A stretch of DNA of 64,000 nucleotides from an uncultured Bacteroidales bacterium (GCA_964489545.1 CAZAZE010000009.1:3035-67034), one strand, 5' to 3'; shown: positions 16,824 to 26,224, counted from the stretch's first letter. Made by a program: numbers and translations. Notes: a model not told the origin generated them from the sequence alone.

Positions 16824-17267
16824 ATGGAAAAAATTAAAGTAGGAATCATTATCTGCGACCGATACCGTAGTTGCGCGGGGGGAAAGTGTTTCAGGTCGCT
16901 TCAAAACCGGGAAGGAGCCTTTGCCATATATAAGGGCAAAGAGGTTGAGATAGCAGGGTTTACAAGCTGCGGGGGCTGCCCGGGCGGCAATATTGAATAT
17001 GCACTGGAGGAAATGAAGAAAAATGGAGCGACACATGTTCACTTTGCCACCGGGTTCCTGGTCGGTTATCCGCCTTGCCCCTATATGGAGCATTTTGAAA
17101 AATTTATCCGGGAAAAATACGGGATGGAAGTCGTTTTTGGTACCCATCCCATACCCCAAAAGTATTATCTGACGCACACCCGGATGAATACGTGGGATTC
17201 GGAATTTCTGCAGCGAGCCATCCAGCCAACCCTGAATGATGAAAGGACGAGATTGAGTTATGACTGA
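16824..17267 (+). CDS. CGGC-domain protein
   Basis: GFTSCGGCPGGN motif, plus N-terminal IIICDRYRSCAGGKCF. Confidence 0.75.
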   Translation: MEKIKVGIIICDRYRSCAGGKCFRSLQNREGAFAIYKGKEVEIAGFTSCGGCPGGNIEYALEEMKKNGATHVHFATGFLVGYPPCPYMEHFEKFIREKYGMEVVFGTHPIPQKYYLTHTRMNTWDSEFLQRAIQPTLNDERTRLSYD

Positions 17268-18300
17268 TGGGAGGCCATTGAGGATTGCCATTGCCAGCGG
17301 CAAGGGAGGGACGGGGAAGACTTCCATCACGGCATCCCTGGCCATTTTAGCCGGCAAAGATGCGGTGATTGCCGATTGTGACGTGGATGCAGCCAATATG
17401 CACCTGCTGTTGAAACCCGATTATCTTTTTGATTATGAATTTTTCAGCGGCGTTCTCCCCTCAATTGACGAAGATTTATGCTCCAGGTGTGGTCGATGCG
17501 CTGAGGTATGCCGGTTTGATGCCATTCATCATTTTGACGGCCATTACAGAATCAATAATCTGGATTGTGAGGGATGCGGCTACTGTGCACTTGTATGCCC
17601 GGAACAGGCGATCAGCATGCACGAACGAAAAACAGGGCATGTTTATCTTTCGAAGACCCGGACTGGTCATTTTCTGGCGCATGCCCGGCTGGATCCTGGC
17701 GCTGAAAATTCAGGGAAACTGGTTGCCCGGGTCAGGAATGAATCGAAATCATTTGCTAAAGCTGAACATAAACAATATATCCTGGTAGATGGCTCTCCCG
17801 GGATAGTATGCCCGGTGGTCTCATCACTGTCGGGGGCTGACTATGTCATCCTGGTTACAGAGCCGTCTTTGTCGGGACTTCACGACCTCCGGCGGGCTTA
17901 TTCCCTGGTCAGCCGTTTTCGGATCAAGGCCGGATGTATCATCAATAAGAGTGACCTGAACCCGGCCATTACTGATGAAATTCATTCTTTTCTCCGGGAG
18001 ATGGACATCGAACACCTGGCTGATTTAGGCTATGATTCCGATTTTACCAAAGCGATGGTCGAAGGGAAAACAATCGTTGAATGGCAATCAACATACAGGG
18101 GCGCCGGGACCGCCACCGCCCAGAAACTTTCTGCCTTGAAGCCGGATGTGCTGATCACCGGAAATGGTCCCGGAGTATCTGCTTTTAGCGCGTTGAAACA
18201 AATGAATATCAAAATATATGTGGATGCGCATAATTTGACTGTGCGTGAAGCTTATGCACGCTACAAAGAAGGACGGCTTAGTGTCATGGCTGAACAATAA
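17260..18300 (+). CDS. MinD/Mrp-superfamily P-loop ATPase with inserted 2x[4Fe-4S] ferredoxin domain and a C-terminal NifX-like extension
   Basis: IAIASGKGGTGKTS deviant Walker A; CSRCGRCAEVC and CEGCGYCALVCP. The C-terminus (DVLITGNGPGVSAFSALKQMNIKIYVDAHNLTVREAYARYKEG) resembles the NifB/X/Y fold. Confidence 0.8.
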   Translation: MTDGRPLRIAIASGKGGTGKTSITASLAILAGKDAVIADCDVDAANMHLLLKPDYLFDYEFFSGVLPSIDEDLCSRCGRCAEVCRFDAIHHFDGHYRINNLDCEGCGYCALVCPEQAISMHERKTGHVYLSKTRTGHFLAHARLDPGAENSGKLVARVRNESKSFAKAEHKQYILVDGSPGIVCPVVSSLSGADYVILVTEPSLSGLHDLRRAYSLVSRFRIKAGCIINKSDLNPAITDEIHSFLREMDIEHLADLGYDSDFTKAMVEGKTIVEWQSTYRGAGTATAQKLSALKPDVLITGNGPGVSAFSALKQMNIKIYVDAHNLTVREAYARYKEGRLSVMAEQ

Positions 18301-18309
18301 AAAAACCTC

Positions 18310-19263
18310 ATGGAAAATATCATTTATGGACCGGTGCCTTCCCGAAGGTTAGGCAAAAGCCTGGGGGTGAACAATATACCTCCAAAGGTTTGTTCTTATA
18401 GCTGTAAATACTGCCAGGTAGGAATAACACGGAAACTGGAAATCAAGCGGCAAGACTTCTATTCTCCTTCAGAGATTGCCTTCCAGGTCAGGAAGAAGTT
18501 GATGACGCTGTCAAAAGAAGATGTTCCGGATGTCATTTCCATAGTTCCCGATGGCGAGCCGACATTGGATATTCATTTGGGGGAACTGATTGACAGGCTG
18601 GGTTCGTTTGGCCTTCCGGTGGCTGTATTTTCCAATAGTTCCCTTTTACACCTCAAAGACGTTCGCGACGAGTTGAAAAAGGCAGATCTTGTCTCATTAA
18701 AAGTTGATTCGGTGAACGGATTTACCTGGAAGAAGATCAACAGGCCCCATAAAGAACTGGAAATTAAATCAATCCTGGACGGGATCCGTGAATTTTCCGG
18801 AACATTTCGGGGGCACCTGATAACCGAAACGATGGTGATCGAGTATTTGAATGATTATTATGAAGAAATGGAATCGGTTGCCTGTTTTTTACAGGATATC
18901 CGGCCGGAGAAGGCCTATATCGCGATACCCACGCGTCCGCCTGCCGTGGAAGGCATCAGGGGAGCCCATGAGTCTTCGATCATGCTGGCCTATGAAATAT
19001 TCCTTCAACATCAGCTGGATACCGAGCTCCTTACTGGTTATGAAGGCAACGCCTTTGCCGCTTCCGGAAATTTTCAGGAAGATATTTTAAGCATCACCGC
19101 CGTGCACCCCATGAGGAAGGATGCTGTCATGGAATTGATGAAGCGATCGATGGCTGCGGAGGATAGTCTTAATGCGCTGATTGATAATGGATTATTGGTT
19201 AAAGTGAATTATGGCCCCAACGAGTATTATTTACGGCGGTTCAGTGAACAACACATTGCCTGA
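18310..19263 (+). CDS. Radical SAM protein
   Basis: GPVPSRRLGKSLGVNNIPPKVCSYSCKYCQVG contains CxxxCxxC. Confidence 0.8.
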   Translation: MENIIYGPVPSRRLGKSLGVNNIPPKVCSYSCKYCQVGITRKLEIKRQDFYSPSEIAFQVRKKLMTLSKEDVPDVISIVPDGEPTLDIHLGELIDRLGSFGLPVAVFSNSSLLHLKDVRDELKKADLVSLKVDSVNGFTWKKINRPHKELEIKSILDGIREFSGTFRGHLITETMVIEYLNDYYEEMESVACFLQDIRPEKAYIAIPTRPPAVEGIRGAHESSIMLAYEIFLQHQLDTELLTGYEGNAFAASGNFQEDILSITAVHPMRKDAVMELMKRSMAAEDSLNALIDNGLLVKVNYGPNEYYLRRFSEQHIA

Positions 19264-19319
19264 GTGATATGGTCCCCGATTTTTCCATAAATAACTCCGA
19301 CTCCGGGCAACCGGGACCA

Positions 19320-19829
19320 ATGGGATATACCCATGTGTATACCGGCAATGGCAAAGGAAAAACGACCGCGGCCCTGGGCCTGGCACTGAGGGCTGCAGGT
19401 TCCGGAATGAAAGTCTTCATTGCCCAGTTTGTCAAGGGGATGCATTATGGGGAACTGGATTCCATTCAGCACATTCCCAATATCACCCTGAAACAATACG
19501 GACGGGACTGTTTTATTCACCAGGCGCCTGAGCCCGAGGATGTTGAAGCGGCAAGGGCGGGACTGCAGGAGGTCAGTGAGCGGATTAAAAATCATGATGA
19601 TGACCTGGTGATCCTGGATGAAGTGTGTATCGCCCTTTATTTTCATCTTTTTGAAACAGTTGAGGTTATTGAGCTCATCCGGTCGAAGCCCCGTGCAATG
19701 GAGCTCGTCCTGACCGGGAGATACGCACCCGTGGAAATCATTGAAATAGCCGACCTGGTCACGGAGATGAAAGAAGTCAGGCATTATTTCAGCAAGGGGA
19801 TTATGGCCCGAAAGGGCATAGATTATTAA
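19320..19829 (+). CDS. CobA/CobO/BtuR-type ATP:corrinoid adenosyltransferase-like P-loop protein
   Basis: GYTHVYTGNGKGKTTAALGLALRAAGSGMKVFIAQFVKG...LVILDE...LVLTGR. An alternative upstream start exists at 19269. Confidence 0.8.
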   Translation: MGYTHVYTGNGKGKTTAALGLALRAAGSGMKVFIAQFVKGMHYGELDSIQHIPNITLKQYGRDCFIHQAPEPEDVEAARAGLQEVSERIKNHDDDLVILDEVCIALYFHLFETVEVIELIRSKPRAMELVLTGRYAPVEIIEIADLVTEMKEVRHYFSKGIMARKGIDY

Positions 19830-19843
19830 TAAAATCAAACACA

Positions 19844-21028
19844 ATGAACACGAAAGACAAGGGGATCAACACAAAACTGATCCATGCGGGCGCGTTTGAA
19901 GATGAGTTTGGCAGCGCAACTGTGCCTATTTATCAGACATCCACCTTTAAATTTAAAAGTGCCCAACATGGGGCGGATTGCTTTTCCGGGAAAAGCGACG
20001 GGTATATTTACACACGTATTGCCAACCCTACTATCAGGGCATTTGAGCAGAATGTTGCCGAACTGGAAAATGGTTACGATGGCATTGCAACCAGTTCGGG
20101 CATGGCAGCCATCAGCAGTGTTTTTATGGCATTGCTTGGCGGAGGCAGCCATATGATCAGCTCTGATGCTGTATATGGCCCGGTGAGGGGGCTGATTGAG
20201 CAGGATTTTTCGCGGTTTCATGTTGCGGCGACCTTTGTGAATACTTCAAACATCGACGAGATCATTGGGGCACTGCGCCCGGAGACCAAACTGCTTTATG
20301 TTGAAACGCCGGCTAACCCGACGATGAACCTGACGGACCTGGCCGCCTGCCATCGGGTTGCCCGGGAGCATCATTTACTCCTGGTGGTGGACAACACATT
20401 CTGTTCCCCTTATTTGCAAAAACCCCTCGATCTGGGGGCGGATGTCGTGTTGCATTCCATCACCAAGTTCATCAACGGTCATGCCGATATCGTCGGGGGC
20501 ATCGTTGTTGCAAAAGAACGGGAACTTAATCAAAAGATACGGCATTCGATGGTATATCTCGGATGCAATATGGACCCCACGCAGGCTTTCATGGTATTGC
20601 GCGGGATCAAGACCCTGGGGATCCGCATTGAAAGGGCGCAGGAAAATGCCCAGGCCATTGCCCATTTTCTGGAAAAACATCCAAAAGTGGCCTGGATCAA
20701 ATACCCGGGGCTGAAATCTCATCCTCAGCATGAGCTGGTCAAGAAACAAATGCGCGGACCGGGTTCCATGATGAGCTTTGGTTTGAAAGGCGGTTATGAA
20801 GCCGGGCGCGCGCTGATGGATAATGTGCACCTGGCGTTACTGGCCGTATCCCTCGGCGGAGTCGAAACCCTGATCCAGCATCCGGCGTCGATGACCCATG
20901 TGGCGATCAGTAAAGAGAACAAGCTGGCTGCTGGCATCACCGACGACCTGGTCAGGTTTTCCGTTGGCATTGAAGACGTTGAAGATATTATTCATGATCT
21001 GGAACAAGCTTTAAATAAAATTAATTAA
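19844..21028 (+). CDS. Cys/Met-metabolism PLP enzyme, methionine gamma-lyase-like
   Basis: TKLIHAG...TVPIYQTSTF...SITKFINGHADIVGG (PLP lysine). Length 394 aa. Confidence 0.85.
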   Translation: MNTKDKGINTKLIHAGAFEDEFGSATVPIYQTSTFKFKSAQHGADCFSGKSDGYIYTRIANPTIRAFEQNVAELENGYDGIATSSGMAAISSVFMALLGGGSHMISSDAVYGPVRGLIEQDFSRFHVAATFVNTSNIDEIIGALRPETKLLYVETPANPTMNLTDLAACHRVAREHHLLLVVDNTFCSPYLQKPLDLGADVVLHSITKFINGHADIVGGIVVAKERELNQKIRHSMVYLGCNMDPTQAFMVLRGIKTLGIRIERAQENAQAIAHFLEKHPKVAWIKYPGLKSHPQHELVKKQMRGPGSMMSFGLKGGYEAGRALMDNVHLALLAVSLGGVETLIQHPASMTHVAISKENKLAAGITDDLVRFSVGIEDVEDIIHDLEQALNKIN

Positions 21029-21031
21029 GAA

Positions 21032-22393
21032 ATGAAAAACACAGATGTTTTAATTATTGGCGGAAGTGCAGCCGGAATGGTCACTGCATTGACCGGGAAA
21101 ATGCATTGGCCCGGGAAGGACTTTATTTTGGTAAAAAAAGTTAAGGATGTCATGGTTCCGTGCGGCATTCCTTATATTTTCGGTACACTGGGCGACAGCG
21201 GAAAGAACATCATGCCTGTGGACAAGATGATGGAAAGCAATGGTATCTTTTCACTGCTTGATGAAGCTGTGAAAATTGAAACGGATCGTAAGGTGGTAAG
21301 CTTTGCCAGCGGTGAGGAAATTGCCTACCATAAGCTGGTCATTGCGACCGGTTCAACGCCGGTGAAGCCAAGATGGTTGGCAGGCGCAGAGCTGGATAAT
21401 GTTTTTGTGATACCGAAAGACAGGGATTATCTTGATGATATGTTCGGGAAACTGGAGGGGGTTAAAAACATTGTTGTAATTGGCGCCGGCTTCATCGGCG
21501 TGGAATTATCAGATGAACTGAATAAGAAAGGATATCATGTTACCCTGATCGAGAAATTGCCCCATATCCTGAATCTTGCATTTGATGTTGAATTGTCTGA
21601 AATCATTCATGATATGCTGGTGAAACGTGGGGTGAATATTATTACCGGGATAGGGATCAAAAAAGTTTTGGGAAAAGAAAAAGTAGAGTCGATAGAGTTA
21701 GAAAATGGTCAAAGGCTTGAAATGGATGCCGTAGTGCTATCTGTCGGATATAAGCCTAACTCTGAACTGGCAAGGATTTCTGGAATTTATGTTGATGAGG
21801 ACAATTTCATTGCCGTGGATGAGTATATGCGAACGCATGTCCCGGATGTTTTTGCTGTGGGGGATTGCGCACAGAAGCGCGATTTTGTCACCAGAAAAAG
21901 AGTGCCCACCATGCTGGCATCAACAGCATGCGCAGAAGCCCGTATTGCCGGCATGAATCTGTTTAATCTGCATGTGGTTAAAACATTCAGCGGCACCATC
22001 GCCATCTATTCGACAGCGATTGGGGATACGGGTTTCGGCACTGCCGGGGTTACGGAAATCAGAGCCAAAGAGGAGGGAATTGATACTATTACAGGTTTGT
22101 TTGAAGGGGTGGACCGCCATCCGGGCAATCTTCCAAATACGCATAAGCAAATTGTTAAGCTGATTGCAGCTAGAAATTCCGGTGTGATCATCGGTGGTGA
22201 AGTGCTTGGTGGGTTCGAAGCAGGTGAGCTGACCAATGTGATCGGTTTGGCGATTCAAAATCGCATGTCGGTCAATTCTTTCCTGACCATGCAGATTGGC
22301 ACTCATCCTTGCCTGACGGCTTCTCCCGCTGCCTATCCGTTAATCAAGGCGGCTGAAAAAATTGCTATTGATATTTACAGGAGAATGAATTGA
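21032..22393 (+). CDS. FAD-dependent pyridine nucleotide-disulfide oxidoreductase (NADH oxidase / CoA-disulfide reductase family)
   Basis: DVLIIGGSAAGM, single Cys in VPCGIPYIFG, IVVIGAGFIGVE, FAVGDCA. Confidence 0.85.
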   Translation: MKNTDVLIIGGSAAGMVTALTGKMHWPGKDFILVKKVKDVMVPCGIPYIFGTLGDSGKNIMPVDKMMESNGIFSLLDEAVKIETDRKVVSFASGEEIAYHKLVIATGSTPVKPRWLAGAELDNVFVIPKDRDYLDDMFGKLEGVKNIVVIGAGFIGVELSDELNKKGYHVTLIEKLPHILNLAFDVELSEIIHDMLVKRGVNIITGIGIKKVLGKEKVESIELENGQRLEMDAVVLSVGYKPNSELARISGIYVDEDNFIAVDEYMRTHVPDVFAVGDCAQKRDFVTRKRVPTMLASTACAEARIAGMNLFNLHVVKTFSGTIAIYSTAIGDTGFGTAGVTEIRAKEEGIDTITGLFEGVDRHPGNLPNTHKQIVKLIAARNSGVIIGGEVLGGFEAGELTNVIGLAIQNRMSVNSFLTMQIGTHPCLTASPAAYPLIKAAEKIAIDIYRRMN

Positions 22394-22400
22394 AAGGATA

Positions 22401-22437
22401 CAGGGGGCTTTGCATCGTAGTGCTGAAAAGTCCCCTG
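22401..22437. terminator. Hairpin between convergent genes (possible bidirectional terminator)
   Basis: cagggggcttt - 15 nt - aaagtcccctg (one mismatch). Confidence 0.45.
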
Positions 22438-22439
22438 GT

Positions 22440-23048
22440 TTATTTTTTTAAGATTTTACCTGAAAACAGGGTCTGGACTTCATTACTCACCCTGAAATAA
22501 TATAGTCCTGAGGACAGTGCATCTCCCTGGATGATGAATTCCTGGCCGGTGGTAGACATTTCTATGACTAAATTGCCTGAAACTCCTGCTATCATCAGGT
22601 TGTGTTCTGATTTTTCCGGGTTATCAAATTTTAGACGGGTAGATTCATCAAATGGATTGGGGGCCAGCAGGTAGCCTTGTTGGTTATATTGTATGTACTC
22701 CACCATTTTCGCAGAGGTAAATCCATATTGGCCGAGCTGCAGGCGGTAATAAGTTGTCCGGTTGGGAAGGGGCAGCGAATCGCGGAACTCGTAGGTGATG
22801 GATTCGCTGGGGCTGCCGCAGATGCCGCCGATGAGCCCGATCCGCTGAAAACCCCCATCAGGGCGCTCCGACCGCTCGACGTAGGTATCCTGGCAGGTAT
22901 TCCCCGCGGTGATGGTCCACCGCAGGAACACGGTTTCCTCCAGTGGTGTGGCGATAAACTGCGACAGGATGACGTCGGCTTCCTGCGCCGGGGCGGCGAG
23001 GGAAAGAAACAGGGAGCAGGATAGTATGGCGAGTCGTTGATGGACCAT
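22440..23048 (-). CDS. Small secreted protein with a T9SS C-terminal sorting domain
   Basis: Signal peptide MVHQRLAILSCSLFLSLAAPAQE (ATG at 23048). C-terminus LAPNPFDESTRLKF...GLYYFRVSNEVQTLFSGKILKK. Confidence 0.7.
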   Translation of the reverse strand: MVHQRLAILSCSLFLSLAAPAQEADVILSQFIATPLEETVFLRWTITAGNTCQDTYVERSERPDGGFQRIGLIGGICGSPSESITYEFRDSLPLPNRTTYYRLQLGQYGFTSAKMVEYIQYNQQGYLLAPNPFDESTRLKFDNPEKSEHNLMIAGVSGNLVIEMSTTGQEFIIQGDALSSGLYYFRVSNEVQTLFSGKILKK

Positions 23049-23088
23049 GGCACTTAAACAAATGAACAAAGAAAATGTTTTGACCAGC

Positions 23089-23196
23089 AGGGACTCCAAC
23101 AGGGACTCCGTCCCTGTCGGTAATTTATTAATTATCAACTCTCTTAAAATTAGATATTCAAGGGACGGAGTCCCTTATCAAAAGGACGGAGTCCCT
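23089..23196. promoter_or_regulatory. Three copies plus one half-site of the 15-bp palindrome AGGGAC-GGA-GTCCCT in a divergent promoter region
   Basis: agggactccgtccct 23101-23115 (inverted centre), agggacggagtccct 23161-23175, aggacggagtccct 23183-23196, half-site agggactcc 23089-23097. Confidence 0.55.
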
Positions 23197-23245
23197 TTCA
23201 CCAACTTTTTTCTTAAATTTGCTTTATAGATCTAACGAATTCCCC

Positions 23246-26224
23246 ATGCCCTTCTCCAATATCGCCTACCGCGCGCCAAAGTATTATTTCAGCGACACCT
23301 CCTTCCAGAAGCTGATGCGCCGCAGGATCTACCATGTCCTGCTCATATCCAGCGCCTATGACGCGTTCGTGCTCGAAGACGACGGCCGCATCGACGAGCA
23401 GATCTTCATCGAATACGTCAGCCTCAACCTGCGCTACCCGCCGCAGTTCATCCTCGCTTCTTCCGAGAAAAAGGCATTCGACATCCTCCATGATGAAAAG
23501 ATCGACCTCATCATCGTCATGCTCAGCTCGGAAGAGATGGATACTTTCAGCCTCGCCGAGAAGATCAAGGGGAAATACCCGGCTATCCCGATCGTGGTGC
23601 TGACGCCGTTTTCGCGCGAGGTGACCGTGAAGCTGAACGACTCCAGCAAGAGCGTCATCGATTACGTGTTCAGCTGGCTGGGCAACGCCGACCTGCTGCT
23701 GGCCATCATCAAACTGATCGAAGACAAAATGAATGTCGACCATGACATCCGCGAGGTCGGGGTTCAGGCTATACTGCTGGTGGAGGACTCCATCCGGTTT
23801 TATTCCAGCTATCTGCCCAACATCTACAAGATCATTTTCAAGCACTCCAAGGACTTCATGACGGAAGGCCTCAACGAGCACCAGATGATGCTGCGCATGC
23901 GCGGCCGGCCGAAAATCCTGCTGGCCACGACCTATGAGGAGGCGCTGGGACTTTATGAGAAATACAAGCGCAACCTGCTGGGCATCATTACCGACATGAG
24001 CTATCCGCGCAACGGCAAACAGGAAAAATACGCCGGCGTCAAGCTCTGCGAAAAAGTGCAGCGCGACGATCCGTTCATGCCCATCCTGCTGCAGTCGTCC
24101 GACAAGGAGGGCGAGGACCTGGCTGCAAGGTTGAAGGTTGGATTCATCAACAAAAACTCCAAGACCATTTCGGTCGAGTTGAAGAACTATATCCGGGAGT
24201 ATTTCGCCTTTGGCGATTTCGTGTTCATCGATCCGGAAACCGGCGATGAGATCGCCCGGGCCACCGACCTGAAGAGCCTGCAGGAACTGCTCTTCCAGGT
24301 TCCGGACGAGGCGCTGCGGTACCATCTGAGTCTCAATCAGTTGTCGAAATGGCTCCGCGCCAGGGCCTTGTTCCCCCTGGCCGAAATGCTGGTCGACATC
24401 ACACTGGACGACTTCAACGACCTCGATGAAGTCCGCCGCTACCTGTTCGATTCCATCGCCAGTTTCCGCATCAGCAAATCCCGGGGTGTCATCGCCCAGT
24501 TCCGCCGCGAACGCTTCGACGAGTACCTCACCTTCACCCGCATCGGCGAAGGATCCATCGGCGGCAAGGCCCGCGGCCTGGCTTTTCTGGATATGCTGAT
24601 CAAAAGGAACCGAATCCTGGAGAAATGGCCGGGCGTATACATCACCATTCCCCGCACGGTCGTCCTGTGCACGGATGTCTTCGCCGAGTTCATGGAGGAA
24701 AACAACCTCTACGAGATCGCCCTATCAGACCGCAGCGACGAGGAGATCCTGAAGGAGTTCGTCCATGCCCGGCTTCCGTTCCGGATCCATGAGGACCTCT
24801 ACACCCTGATCTCATATGTACGGAACCCCATCGCGGTGCGATCGTCCAGTCAGCTGGAAGACTCTCATTATCAGCCATTTGCTGGTATTTATTCGACCTA
24901 CATGGTGCCTTATGTGATGGATAACGAACGGTTGATGATGGAGATGCTGAGCAACGCCATAAAGAGCGTGTACGCCTCCACGTATTTCAAGGCCAGCAAG
25001 GCATACATGACCGCCACATCCAATATTATCGACGAGGAAAAGATGGGCATCGTGATGCAGACCGTCGCCGGGACGAAATACGGCCACCGGTTTTATCCGT
25101 CGATCTCCGGGGTCGCGCGGTCGATCAACTTCTACCCGCTGGATCCGGAAAAGCCGGAGGATGGCGTGGCCAGCGTGGCGCTCGGGCTCGGGAAATACAT
25201 CGTCGACGGCGGGCTGGCCCTGCATTTCAGCCCGAAGTACCCGAAAAGGGTGTTGCAGACGTATTCCCCGGAAGCCGCGCTTCGGGAAACGCAAAAGTAT
25301 TTCTACGCGCTGGATATGCATCCCGAGACCTTCAAGCCGGATATCGACGACGGGATCAACATCCTGAAACTACCCGTCCGCGAAGCGGAAGCGGACGGCT
25401 CCCTCAAATGGGTGGCTTCCACCTATGACCTGCAGAACGGCGTGCTCCGCGACGGGGTGAATTACGACGGAAAGAAGCTCATCACATTTTCGAATATTTT
25501 AAAGCATAATGTGTTTCCCCTGGCTGAGATCCTCCAGACCATCCTGGAGATCGGGCAGAAGGAGATGGGAAAGCCCGTAGAGATCGAATTTGCGGTCGAC
25601 CTGAACCGGCCGGCGAACGATCCGAAGATCTTTTATTGTCTCCAGATCCGGCCGATCGTCGACAACAAGGAGACCATCAGCGACGACCTGGAGAAGGTTG
25701 ATCCTAAAGACACGATCATCTATTCCAAATCAGCGTTGGGCAACGGTATCATTTCCGATCTGTGCGACCTGGTGTACGTTAAACCCGAATCATTCAACCC
25801 GGCGAAGAACACCGAGCTGGCCGAGCGGATGGGGGTGATCAACGAGCAGTTCCGGCAGCAGAATAAGAATTACATCCTGATCGGCCCGGGACGCTGGGGC
25901 AGCCAGGATCCCTGGCTCGGCATCCCGGTCAAATGGCCCCAAATCTCAGCGGCGCGTGTGATCGTGGAATCGGGGCTGGAGAACTACCGAATCGACCCCA
26001 GCCAGGGGACGCATTTCTTCCAGAACCTGACTTCGTTCAGGGTGGGCTATTTCACAGTCAACCCCTACATGAACGACGGATATTACGACCTGGAATACCT
26101 CAAGGCGCAACCTGCCGTTTATGAGGACGAATTCATCCGCCACATCCGGTTCGAAAAGCCTTTGATGGTGGAGATTGACGGGCGCAAAAACCTGGGCGTT
26201 ATTTTCAAAATCCAGGATCAATAA
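23246..26224 (+). CDS. Degenerate receiver + receiver + PEP/pyruvate-binding (PPDK_N, ATP-grasp) domain protein
   Basis: ILLVEDS...LLGIITDMSYP...PILLQSS (REC-like); GGKARGLAFL and IAVRSSSQLEDSHYQPFAGIYSTY (PPDK_N). No phosphohistidine swivel motif seen. Confidence 0.8.
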   Translation: MPFSNIAYRAPKYYFSDTSFQKLMRRRIYHVLLISSAYDAFVLEDDGRIDEQIFIEYVSLNLRYPPQFILASSEKKAFDILHDEKIDLIIVMLSSEEMDTFSLAEKIKGKYPAIPIVVLTPFSREVTVKLNDSSKSVIDYVFSWLGNADLLLAIIKLIEDKMNVDHDIREVGVQAILLVEDSIRFYSSYLPNIYKIIFKHSKDFMTEGLNEHQMMLRMRGRPKILLATTYEEALGLYEKYKRNLLGIITDMSYPRNGKQEKYAGVKLCEKVQRDDPFMPILLQSSDKEGEDLAARLKVGFINKNSKTISVELKNYIREYFAFGDFVFIDPETGDEIARATDLKSLQELLFQVPDEALRYHLSLNQLSKWLRARALFPLAEMLVDITLDDFNDLDEVRRYLFDSIASFRISKSRGVIAQFRRERFDEYLTFTRIGEGSIGGKARGLAFLDMLIKRNRILEKWPGVYITIPRTVVLCTDVFAEFMEENNLYEIALSDRSDEEILKEFVHARLPFRIHEDLYTLISYVRNPIAVRSSSQLEDSHYQPFAGIYSTYMVPYVMDNERLMMEMLSNAIKSVYASTYFKASKAYMTATSNIIDEEKMGIVMQTVAGTKYGHRFYPSISGVARSINFYPLDPEKPEDGVASVALGLGKYIVDGGLALHFSPKYPKRVLQTYSPEAALRETQKYFYALDMHPETFKPDIDDGINILKLPVREAEADGSLKWVASTYDLQNGVLRDGVNYDGKKLITFSNILKHNVFPLAEILQTILEIGQKEMGKPVEIEFAVDLNRPANDPKIFYCLQIRPIVDNKETISDDLEKVDPKDTIIYSKSALGNGIISDLCDLVYVKPESFNPAKNTELAERMGVINEQFRQQNKNYILIGPGRWGSQDPWLGIPVKWPQISAARVIVESGLENYRIDPSQGTHFFQNLTSFRVGYFTVNPYMNDGYYDLEYLKAQPAVYEDEFIRHIRFEKPLMVEIDGRKNLGVIFKIQDQ

